Origin: a virus
DNA length: 64,000 bases
Direction: 5' to 3' (one strand)
Virus record (IMG/VR): IMGVR_UViG_3300028394_000038
In this document: positions 55,877 through 64,000 of the stretch, piece by piece
Layout: each line of letters opens with the position of its first letter
Numbering within the stretch: position 1 is the stretch's first letter
Notes under the pieces: generated by a model
What the model was told of the DNA's origin: nothing
The model's database searches: none
What the model saw: only the letters and a program-made list of their open reading frames with translations
Translations under genes and position numbers: made by a program

Positions 55877-57055
55877 ATGGCACATAGTACCGATCCAGTA
55901 ATTGATAAAATTGTAGTAGCACGAGTAGGACTGCTATTACGTCATCCGTTTTTTGGCAATATGGCAACTCGAATGAAGCTCATTGATGCGTCAGATTGGT
56001 TACCAACTGCCGCTACCGATTTCCGTAACTTCTACTTTAACCGTGAGTTTTTTGAGAAAATGACTCCTCGTCAAGTTGAGTTTGTAGTAGCACACGAAAT
56101 CTTGCATTGTGTATTTGATCACATGATGCGTAACGAAGGCAGAGAAAAACAAATTTGGAACATTGCCGCTGACTATTGTGTTAACGGTATCCTAAAGCGT
56201 GACCGCATTGGTGATGATCCTCCTGTTAAGTTCTTCTATGATCGCAAGTACGACAACTGGTCAGCTGAACAAGTCTACGACGAAATCTATAACAAGTATG
56301 ATGAAGAACAACTTAACCAGTTAGGTCAAATGTTGGATCATCATATGGATCCAGAAGGCGGTAAAGATGGACAGCCACAGTACTCTAAAGAAGAACTGAA
56401 AAAGATCCGTGACGAAATTAAAGAAGCAATGATCCAAAGTGCTAATGCCGCAGGTGCAGGTAATGTGCCAGGCGAGATTGCACGTATGATTAAAGACATG
56501 ACTGAGCCTAAAATGGATTGGCGTGAAATGTTGCGTATGAACATTCAAAGTCTTGTTAAAAATGACTTCAGCTTTAGCCGTCCTAACCGCAAAGGTCAAA
56601 TGACAGGTGCTGTATTGCCAGGTTGCAATTTTGACACTAGCATTGACGTATGCGTAGCACTTGACATGTCAGGTTCTATTAGCGATGAAATGGGTGCGGA
56701 TTTCTTAGGTGAAGTCAAAGGCATTATGCAAGAGTTCAAAGATTTTAACATTAAGATTTGGTGTTTTGACACTAAGGTCTATAATGAGCAAGACTATGAC
56801 TCTTACAACGGCGATGAGATTGACGAATACGAAATCATGGGCGGTGGCGGTACAGAATTTGACTGTAACTGGGACTACATGAAGGAACATGATATTCGTC
56901 CTAAGAAGTTTATTATGTTTACAGACGGTTATCCTTGGAGTTCATGGGGTGACGAAGATTACTGTGATACAATCTTTGTTATACACGGTAACGACACTAT
57001 TGTTCCGCCGTTTGGTAGCTATGCATACTACGATATGGAAACTTCAACAGCCTAA
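55877..57055 (+). CDS. Metallopeptidase-like (HExxH) + VWA domain protein (DUF2201-like), MoxR partner; start revised
   Basis: HEILH; MIDAS DMSGS, GGGT, TDG. Confidence 0.85.
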   Translation: MAHSTDPVIDKIVVARVGLLLRHPFFGNMATRMKLIDASDWLPTAATDFRNFYFNREFFEKMTPRQVEFVVAHEILHCVFDHMMRNEGREKQIWNIAADYCVNGILKRDRIGDDPPVKFFYDRKYDNWSAEQVYDEIYNKYDEEQLNQLGQMLDHHMDPEGGKDGQPQYSKEELKKIRDEIKEAMIQSANAAGAGNVPGEIARMIKDMTEPKMDWREMLRMNIQSLVKNDFSFSRPNRKGQMTGAVLPGCNFDTSIDVCVALDMSGSISDEMGADFLGEVKGIMQEFKDFNIKIWCFDTKVYNEQDYDSYNGDEIDEYEIMGGGGTEFDCNWDYMKEHDIRPKKFIMFTDGYPWSSWGDEDYCDTIFVIHGNDTIVPPFGSYAYYDMETSTA

Positions 57056-57339
57056 TGTTATCTTTAGATAAGATCAATCCACTTAATGTATTAGGTTGTA
57101 GGGAGGTTGGTGAGCCACCTCCCCATTTCCATTATCTTCAATTAAACCTTAAATATAATATCGTAGCATCTGTTAAACAATGGATATACGAAAATCTGCA
57201 CAGCAGATTCTATCTAGGCGAGTGCCTACAGCTTACTGATAATCAATTTACTATACAAATTAAAATTGGATTTGAAGAGCCAAAAGAGGCCAGTTTCTTT
57301 TTGCTTGCGTGTCCACTTTTAAAGTATACAAATCATTAA
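57055..57339 (+). CDS. Hypothetical protein
   Basis: Coupled ORF. Confidence 0.6.
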   Translation: MLSLDKINPLNVLGCREVGEPPPHFHYLQLNLKYNIVASVKQWIYENLHSRFYLGECLQLTDNQFTIQIKIGFEEPKEASFFLLACPLLKYTNH

Positions 57340-57379
57340 AGTGATATATAATAGTACTTACAACCAAAGGAGTAAAAAC

Positions 57380-57610
57380 ATGACTGAAACAACTACACAA
57401 CCAGAAGCACAAACTACACCAGAAGCACCAGCATCTGTAGATTTAACTGTACAAGACCTAGCCGGACTACGTTCAGTAATCGATGTAGCAAGTTCACGTG
57501 GCGCATTTAAAGCCGCTGAAATGGAAGCTGTTGGAAAAATCTTCAACAAGCTAAATGCATTCTTGGACCAAGTAGCTAAACAACAGCCTGCACCAGCAGA
57601 AGGACAATAA
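57380..57610 (+). CDS. Hypothetical protein (start revised)
   Basis: AGGAG SD; IDVASSRGAF. Confidence 0.7.
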   Translation: MTETTTQPEAQTTPEAPASVDLTVQDLAGLRSVIDVASSRGAFKAAEMEAVGKIFNKLNAFLDQVAKQQPAPAEGQ

Positions 57611-57614
57611 TCTA

Positions 57615-58229
57615 ATGGCCGATATCAAACACATTGGAAGGTTCAAGTCAAACGGACGTAAATGTCTGATTGCCTATAGAACACTGCCCGGTGAGAGTGA
57701 TTCTGCATTGGTTATCCAAACTGAAAACTTAACTGATGAAAACCACGACTCACTAATGAAGTTAGTTGAGTCACAGGGTGCTCAATCAAGTTATGAATTT
57801 GCAGAAGTCCTAGCACGAACAAGGTTCCAGGACGGTAGTATTATGCTGTCTAACTTACACGTTAATAAAAAATTACTTAAAGTAAAGACTAGCGATATTG
57901 AAGTAATTCCAAATATGAAAGCTGTTATTAGTTTAGATCAACTAAACCAATTAATTGCTGAACAAAAGGGAATTAGTGTCAATGATCTAGCATTAGGTAA
58001 TCAAACATCTATACAAGATGTTGCTAAAGTAAATGATCTAACAGTTGAAGAAGAAACTGTTCCACAAAAAGCATTTGAAACTAAACAATTAGATCAACCA
58101 CTTACTGATACAGACCTTGCAAAGAAATATCGTTCTGATGCAGATCGCCTTAGTAAGGAAGCGGCTCAACTTCGTAGGATGGCCGAAGAGCTAGTTCCAA
58201 CAAAGAAGAAAGCTGCCGTTGACGAGTGA
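57615..58229 (+). CDS. Hypothetical protein
   Basis: 204-aa ORF, coiled-coil C-terminus. Confidence 0.7.
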   Translation: MADIKHIGRFKSNGRKCLIAYRTLPGESDSALVIQTENLTDENHDSLMKLVESQGAQSSYEFAEVLARTRFQDGSIMLSNLHVNKKLLKVKTSDIEVIPNMKAVISLDQLNQLIAEQKGISVNDLALGNQTSIQDVAKVNDLTVEEETVPQKAFETKQLDQPLTDTDLAKKYRSDADRLSKEAAQLRRMAEELVPTKKKAAVDE

Positions 58230-58546
58230 CAAAAAAGTCTTTGCCTAAAGACGTAGTCGAGTCGTGGCCAGAGATTTTTAGTGATATAGATGTTCGTGCA
58301 ATACCGTTAGAGTATCTTGATTCCATACGAATCATTTTTGAAAACGGTAAAGTCTGGGACATAGACATTGCCAAATACGCTAAACACTCCGGCGAAGAAG
58401 ACTTAGAAGGTCATCTTAAAGAACTACTCAGCAACTACGAAGAGTCTATACAACATATAGACTTTCGTTTAGACGTCGCTAAAGTTAAAAAAGATGTAAT
58501 AAAACAAACTAAGAGTTTTCTTAAAAAACCAAAAAGAGAAAAATGA
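58226..58546 (+). CDS. Hypothetical protein
   Basis: GTGA-coupled. Confidence 0.65.
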   Translation: MTKKSLPKDVVESWPEIFSDIDVRAIPLEYLDSIRIIFENGKVWDIDIAKYAKHSGEEDLEGHLKELLSNYEESIQHIDFRLDVAKVKKDVIKQTKSFLKKPKREK

Positions 58547-59079
58547 TAGCAGGAATGTTTGCAGTAGATAGTGTCGGAGGAATGGGCTGGAAAGGTTCTA
58601 TGCCTTGGCCTAATAACCCCGACGATATGAAATGGTTTAAAGCCACTACACAAAATCAAATTGTTGTCATGGGTAGAAAAACTTGGGATAGTCCCGATAT
58701 GCCAAGTCCGCTACCCGGTAGACATAACGTAGTGTTTACCAATAACTTTTTTGATCAAGACGATATTGAACAAATACGTGGCGATGTTTGCGAAGCATTG
58801 GTAAGTTTAAAAAGCCATAATAAAAGAAAAAATGTTTTTATTATTGGTGGTCCTAATTTGCTCATGCAAAGTAGACCAGTTTTAGAACGTGTTTATCTTA
58901 CTCGAATATCAGGTGGTTATTTAAACGATACTACTATCGATATAGTAGACTTCTTAGACGGAATGGTATTACACCAAACTGTTAACCTTGGATCTTGTAT
59001 AGTAGAAGAATATCATAATGAAGCAATATCATCAAGCGTTAAAGCATATACTAACAAACGGAAAAAACAAGACCGATAG
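58543..59079 (+). CDS. folA: Dihydrofolate reductase
   Basis: MPW...DMKWFK, VMGRKTW, LPGR.N, IIGG. Confidence 0.9.
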   Translation: MIAGMFAVDSVGGMGWKGSMPWPNNPDDMKWFKATTQNQIVVMGRKTWDSPDMPSPLPGRHNVVFTNNFFDQDDIEQIRGDVCEALVSLKSHNKRKNVFIIGGPNLLMQSRPVLERVYLTRISGGYLNDTTIDIVDFLDGMVLHQTVNLGSCIVEEYHNEAISSSVKAYTNKRKKQDR

Positions 59080-59917
59080 AACGGGGGTAGGAACCCGTAG
59101 CGTATTTGGTTATCAAATGCGTTTTAATCTGCAAGAAGGTTTTCCAGCTACAACTACTAAGAAGCTCGCCTGGCGAGCGGTTGTAAGCGAACTCCTCTGG
59201 TTCTTAGAGGGTAGTAGCGATGAACGCCGGCTTGCGGAAATCCTACATGGTACTCGAGATCCTTCTAAGAAAACAATATGGACTGCCAATGCTGAAGCAG
59301 ACTATTGGAAACCTAAGGCAAGATTTGAAGGAGACTTAGGCCGGGTATATGGCGTACAATGGCGCGATTGGATATCTCATACACCCGAAGGTGATCCCGA
59401 CATTGATGATGAATACGGCAAAACATATTTTGACCCTATATACAAACACATTGATCAAATAGAAAAACTTATTGAAGGTTTAAAACAAGATCCTGATGGG
59501 CGTAGACATATTCTTAGTGCATGGAATGTAGGTGAGTTAGATCAAATGGCATTGCCGCCGTGTCACGTTATGGCACAGTTTGATGTTACAGATGGTCATT
59601 TAAGCTGTCAACTGTATCAACGTAGCTGTGACATGTTTTTAGGAGTGCCTTTTAATATTGCCAGTTATAGTTTACTAGTTCATATCATTGCTCGCGAGTG
59701 CGGTTTTAAGGTTGGAGATTTTGTTTGGACTGGCGGTGATTGCCATATCTATAATAATCACTTTGATGCTGTAAAAGAACAGCTGGCTAGAGAGCCTAAA
59801 GCATTGCCTATACTAGTGTTTACAGAAGGCAAAAAAATCGCCGACTATAACATCGACGATTTTGTATTACAAAACTATAATCCTGATCCAGCCATTAAAG
59901 CTGAAATGGCTGTTTAA
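59018..59917 (+). CDS. thyA: Thymidylate synthase
   Basis: DRTGVGT, ELLWFL, RRHI, LPPCH, YQRSCD, PFNIASY. Confidence 0.95.
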   Translation: MKQYHQALKHILTNGKNKTDRTGVGTRSVFGYQMRFNLQEGFPATTTKKLAWRAVVSELLWFLEGSSDERRLAEILHGTRDPSKKTIWTANAEADYWKPKARFEGDLGRVYGVQWRDWISHTPEGDPDIDDEYGKTYFDPIYKHIDQIEKLIEGLKQDPDGRRHILSAWNVGELDQMALPPCHVMAQFDVTDGHLSCQLYQRSCDMFLGVPFNIASYSLLVHIIARECGFKVGDFVWTGGDCHIYNNHFDAVKEQLAREPKALPILVFTEGKKIADYNIDDFVLQNYNPDPAIKAEMAV

Positions 59918-62900
59918 CGTATAAACGCTTCTATTACTTTGACTCCGGTATCATCACTAGATTCTAAAGCAATAGCAAATACATCATTGGCATGGGGTAC
60001 AGCGGCTACAGCACAACCGTCATTGGCTGCTACTAGTCGTTGGCCTTTACGTACAGAACCAATTACCTTAACAGGAACTCTTCCTTTTAGTGCAACTGCC
60101 ACACCACCTTCTAGATCTTTATTCATTAGATAAGCAGGTTTATCGCTAACTACACCAATTGCTAAATCACCGTATCTACTAGCAGTAACTTCTTTTTCAC
60201 CGCCAATAGTTAATACTGTTCCAACTTCATAATCAGCATCTGGTAGATATTTTTCTGCCAAGTCAGCAAAGTATGCTTCGGTTGACACACCAATAAATTT
60301 GTCTGCTGTAATCCAGTTAGCACTAAAGTCGCCGCTACTGTTTCTAGCTACTAGTGTGCTGGCAACGTTACTTGTACTAGCGTTAACGCTAATTTTAACG
60401 TTATCGCCAGGTCCTGGCGAATATGCTGCCAATCCTTCATTTAATGATATATAATTTCCAGCAGTTAATTGCCCAACATAATTTAAACCAGATAAATTAG
60501 AACCGCTTAATTGGAAATCATCAGCAAACGCGGCTGAAATAGTAATAGCACCGCTACCATCAAAATTAGCTGTACCTTTTAAAATGCCGCCTAATGCTAT
60601 GGCTCTAGCTTGTTGTAGTTTATCAGCAGTTGCCGCTTTACCTGTAAAGTAAGCACTAGTACCACTACCAGTTCCCTGACTTAAAACTACTGTACCGTTT
60701 GGTGATAATACATCGCCGTTTAATCGAGCAATTACAGTACCATATCCGTTAGTACTATCGCCAAGCGTAAGTTTATTTTGGTTAGTATCATATGAGAATG
60801 TTGTTTGGTCTGCATAGATACTTCTTGGTTGACTTCCTGTACCAGGTAACCCGCCTGTAACAAATACAGGATAGAATGTACCAATATCTGTTGGTTTATC
60901 AGCAACTAAAATTTGAGATGAATTACCTACACTAATTTGTGCTAAATTTTTCCATTCTGGAACTGTTCCTGTACTAGATAATACATACCCTACTGAACCA
61001 ATTGAAAGATAATTAGTAGTATTTCCAGCTGTTTGATAAGGTATATCTCCTAATGCACCGTCGGATAAATTTTTAGCCTTAGTAGCTGTTGCCGCATTAC
61101 CGCCGATGCCGTTACCGTTGTCTGTTGCTACAATAGTTAATGAGCCAGCGCCGACGACTGTTTGGCTTGAAAACCCAATTGTTAATGTATTCTGTCCCAA
61201 TGCAGGAGCATCAGGTGTAATAGCTGTAATCACTACATTACCAGTAATTGCCGTACCAGTTACTTTAGCACCCACTCTCCAATCAGCTAGCCCTTGGAAA
61301 GTCCAAGGTGCTAACGAAGTTCCTGAACCAGTAAATGAATCAACAAGAACTGTTATAGTTAATGCAATGTAATCAACGGCTGTAATTTTTCCAGACATTG
61401 TTATAGTGTCGCCGCTTTGGGTTTTAGTTATTTTAACCCTATCATTGACTTGCCATCCTGGTACTTTTTGTACTGTGAATGTTTTAGACCCAGTGCCAAC
61501 TGTAGTTTGTGTTACCGAGACAAGATCGTCGTATCCGTTTCCTGTAGGAACACTACCTGGATTAGCAAATGTATTAACATTTGATACAATAATAGTAGTA
61601 GAAGTTGCGGCGCCACTTGTTCCAACTAATGTAGCATTGCTGTTAGTAAGAGCAATTGGTACTGCTGTTGGTGCAATATTGATGTTCCATGTGGAATTAG
61701 CTGTTGCACCAACTCCATCTGTGCGCGGTACCTTAAGGTTAGATCTTGCTTGTGTATCTGTACTAGCGTTTGTGCCACCGGCAGCAATTCCTAGAATGCC
61801 GCCAACACCAAACTTAGCATCAACATATGATTTAGGTACAGCCTGTTGATCAGTAGTAACTGTTCCAGTTAATGTAACTGTTGCATATGTTGGATCTGTT
61901 GGTTTTCCAACTATATCAGTATACTCAATATTAATATTGCCGCTACCGTCAAATGGTTTTCCGTTAATATTTCGAGGAGTTTTTAATACTGTAGCTGTAG
62001 ACGCATTACCGGCAAATGTGTCTGCTGAAATTGTACTAGTTCCGTCATTGTTTCTTTTACGTGCTACTAGTGTATCTCCACTATTAGTTGCCATAAAACT
62101 AGCTTGAAGATATGATGTGCCAACTTTTAGTGAATTAGCCTGTGTTGCTGTTCCATCAAAAGTTGTAGCATATACAGTAGCCCATTTAGCACTAGTGCTA
62201 CCCAAGTTAAATGCAGAACTTGTTGCATCCGGTCTAATACCGTATTGGTCAATTATTAATGGAAATACTGGAGTTGTATTTTGTTTAACCGAGAATGTAA
62301 TGCGCTGGCCGCCAAGTCTAGCTGAAATTTGTGGTTGGTTAGCAATAACTTCAATTTTTAAATCGTCGTTTGCTCCTAAAGTAAGACCTTCATCAACGCT
62401 AATTTTTACTTGGTAAGGCAATGTTAATAAATTGTTTACTGGACTTAGGTATTCAGATGGAAGTTTGCCGCCAAAACGCAATGCATTTGATACTGTTCCC
62501 CAAACTTTATATGTTCCGCCGCCGTTAGATCCGCTTATGCCAACTGCGTCAACGTTAGGAAATGTAATTCCTCGTTTGATTTGTTTAGAAGAAGGATCTG
62601 TAAAACCTGTAATAGTACTATCTGGATCAGCAATGTTTAATACAAATTCGTCTTCAGATATGATAAAATTAACTGCACCATTAACTGTTGCGGCAATAAT
62701 TCCGTGCGGTGTTCCGCTAGCATCAACAACGTTGCGACTGACCATTTGTGTGATGCCTGTACCAGCATTTTGCGGGCCAACTGTTAACCAGTCTGCTGTC
62801 ACTCCACCAATTCTAACTTTTAACTGATCTTTATTTGAATCAAACCACAAGTCTCCCGGGGTAGGAAACGGTGGTTCTGTTGCGCTATATTCTGCACCTG

Positions 62901-63180
62901 TTAGGGTTTTCCACACTTTTGCACCAGTAGAAGTATCACCAGTATGTACTTTTATTTTTTTGTTAGTTGTATCGTACCATAGTTGTCCAGAAATAGCATT
63001 TGGTGGTGGAATTTGTCTTGCAAAATTTTCCAATAAATGCACAAATGTTTCGTTCTGAATTTCTCCGTAGCCGGCATAATTTTTACCGACTAACTGAATG
63101 TCAAGAGTTTGATCAACTGTACCATCTTGTACAGTTGTTATTACTGTTGCATTATTCCATCTGTTTATTGTATATGACAT
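59914..63180 (-). CDS. Tail fibre/structural protein with a C-terminal DLAE-type chaperone-like domain
   Basis: N-terminal [11 protein letters not shown]...LLENF; fibre motifs; DLAEKY...[11 protein letters not shown]. Confidence 0.75.
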   Translation of the reverse strand: MSYTINRWNNATVITTVQDGTVDQTLDIQLVGKNYAGYGEIQNETFVHLLENFARQIPPPNAISGQLWYDTTNKKIKVHTGDTSTGAKVWKTLTGAEYSATEPPFPTPGDLWFDSNKDQLKVRIGGVTADWLTVGPQNAGTGITQMVSRNVVDASGTPHGIIAATVNGAVNFIISEDEFVLNIADPDSTITGFTDPSSKQIKRGITFPNVDAVGISGSNGGGTYKVWGTVSNALRFGGKLPSEYLSPVNNLLTLPYQVKISVDEGLTLGANDDLKIEVIANQPQISARLGGQRITFSVKQNTTPVFPLIIDQYGIRPDATSSAFNLGSTSAKWATVYATTFDGTATQANSLKVGTSYLQASFMATNSGDTLVARKRNNDGTSTISADTFAGNASTATVLKTPRNINGKPFDGSGNINIEYTDIVGKPTDPTYATVTLTGTVTTDQQAVPKSYVDAKFGVGGILGIAAGGTNASTDTQARSNLKVPRTDGVGATANSTWNINIAPTAVPIALTNSNATLVGTSGAATSTTIIVSNVNTFANPGSVPTGNGYDDLVSVTQTTVGTGSKTFTVQKVPGWQVNDRVKITKTQSGDTITMSGKITAVDYIALTITVLVDSFTGSGTSLAPWTFQGLADWRVGAKVTGTAITGNVVITAITPDAPALGQNTLTIGFSSQTVVGAGSLTIVATDNGNGIGGNAATATKAKNLSDGALGDIPYQTAGNTTNYLSIGSVGYVLSSTGTVPEWKNLAQISVGNSSQILVADKPTDIGTFYPVFVTGGLPGTGSQPRSIYADQTTFSYDTNQNKLTLGDSTNGYGTVIARLNGDVLSPNGTVVLSQGTGSGTSAYFTGKAATADKLQQARAIALGGILKGTANFDGSGAITISAAFADDFQLSGSNLSGLNYVGQLTAGNYISLNEGLAAYSPGPGDNVKISVNASTSNVASTLVARNSSGDFSANWITADKFIGVSTEAYFADLAEKYLPDADYEVGTVLTIGGEKEVTASRYGDLAIGVVSDKPAYLMNKDLEGGVAVALKGRVPVKVIGSVRKGQRLVAANDGCAVAAVPHANDVFAIALESSDDTGVKVIEAFIR

Positions 63181-63209
63181 CTAGTAGCCCCTAAAACTAA
63201 CGTTATTAT

Positions 63210-63216
63210 TATTTAT
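63210..63216 (-). promoter_or_regulatory. T4-late-like ATAAATA (minus strand)
   Basis: Intergenic, ~30 nt before ATG 63180. Confidence 0.6.
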
Positions 63217-63230
63217 CGCTCTTTGTGCTT

Positions 63231-64000
63231 TTAAATTAATGCAAAAAGTTTCCAATTTGTGCTGTTGCCTGAAGGATTTGTTTGTCCTGCGGCCACACTT
63301 ACAATACAAATCCATTCTTTATAATCAAAAATTACAAGATCATTTACAGAATATGCTGTAGCATTATCCCAATTGCCCGCTGGAACATAATCAGTAATAT
63401 ATTCCCATGCTAGACTATTATCTGGTTGTTCTACGACCACAAATCTTTTATAAAATCTAGTAGTTACAATGCCAGCTGACGGTGCTGGAATAACTTGTGT
63501 TTCTATAATATCTTCTACTACTGACCAGTTATCATAGCTACCCTCGCCTTTGTTAACTGTGTTTTTACTAAATGCAATAGTTTCAGTGCCAGTTAATTCA
63601 GTACCTGTTTGTACCGGTTTATATTGTATAGGATTAACTACTATTGCTAAATGAGTTGCATGAATTTTAGCAATAGTTCCAACAATAGCAATACCTTGAG
63701 GATTATTAACTCCGTCATAGATAGAAGCAGTATATGTTAAAATTTCAACTATTTTTGCATTTGCCGCCTCAGTTCCTATTTGTGTTGTTATATCAAAATC
63801 ACTAATGTCTAGTGATAGTGAAATTGGGCGAATACTAACACGTTCGTCAACATATTTTTTATTGGCTGCATCTGTTAAATTACTAGTAACATAATTTAAG
63901 TTGGCTAAATTTGTAAGTGTTTTACCGTTAACGTTTATAACACTAGTAGCCGAAGATAATATTAATTCAGTTGTCCTACTAGTAATAATATTGCCAGTAA
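63231..64000 (-). CDS. C-terminal part of a structural/tail protein running off the window, ending in a chitin-binding-like module
   Basis: Frame stays open upstream of the track's GTG as far as I translated it; WDNATAYSVNDLV...W module. Confidence 0.6.
   Translation of the reverse strand, partial: TGNIITSRTTELILSSATSVINVNGKTLTNLANLNYVTSNLTDAANKKYVDERVSIRPISLSLDISDFDITTQIGTEAANAKIVEILTYTASIYDGVNNPQGIAIVGTIAKIHATHLAIVVNPIQYKPVQTGTELTGTETIAFSKNTVNKGEGSYDNWSVVEDIIETQVIPAPSAGIVTTRFYKRFVVVEQPDNSLAWEYITDYVPAGNWDNATAYSVNDLVIFDYKEWICIVSVAAGQTNPSGNSTNWKLFALI

Noticed and set aside
59018-59917. dCMP/dUMP hydroxymethylase supplying the glycosyltransferase
   Set aside because: Motifs, including PFN Asn, and pairing with DHFR fit a canonical ThyA
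1-64000. Stop-codon reassignment, as found in some large phages
   Set aside because: Genes are intact and densely packed under the standard code, and TAA, TGA and TAG all occur as apparent stops

Overview
This window is a 64-kb segment of a large, AT-rich tailed dsDNA phage (jumbo/T4-superfamily-like myovirus, standard genetic code). The host is probably a Gram-negative proteobacterium (inference from the spanins, GH19 endolysin and 7Fe ferredoxin). Order along the window: (i) tail fibre/baseplate genes (1-11.8 kb); (ii) a DnaE-like fragment, GroES, clamp loader, ferredoxin and PhoH; (iii) a lysis cassette; (iv) DnaJ/ClpA; (v) a ~10.5-kb cluster preceded by late-type motifs, whose proteins share a T4-internal-protein-like N-terminal motif and include nucleotidyltransferase, ligase-like, HIGH-NTase and HAD enzymes, plus a candidate structured ncRNA; (vi) a family-B DNA polymerase with twin operator-like hairpins, and the sliding clamp; (vii) a 7-deazaguanine module (Tgt/DpdA-like, QueD, FolE, QueE; no QueC in the window) interleaved with a glycosyltransferase, a PRTase, a HIT hydrolase and a restriction-like nuclease; (viii) RNase H, MoxR/VWA, DHFR and ThyA; (ix) convergent minus-strand tail fibre genes. 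Two promoter classes are visible: sigma70-like TTGACA-N16-18-TATAAT and a T4-late-like (A)TAAATA. I saw no tRNA, rRNA, CRISPR array or integrase. All assignments come from motif recognition by eye; no database searches were run.
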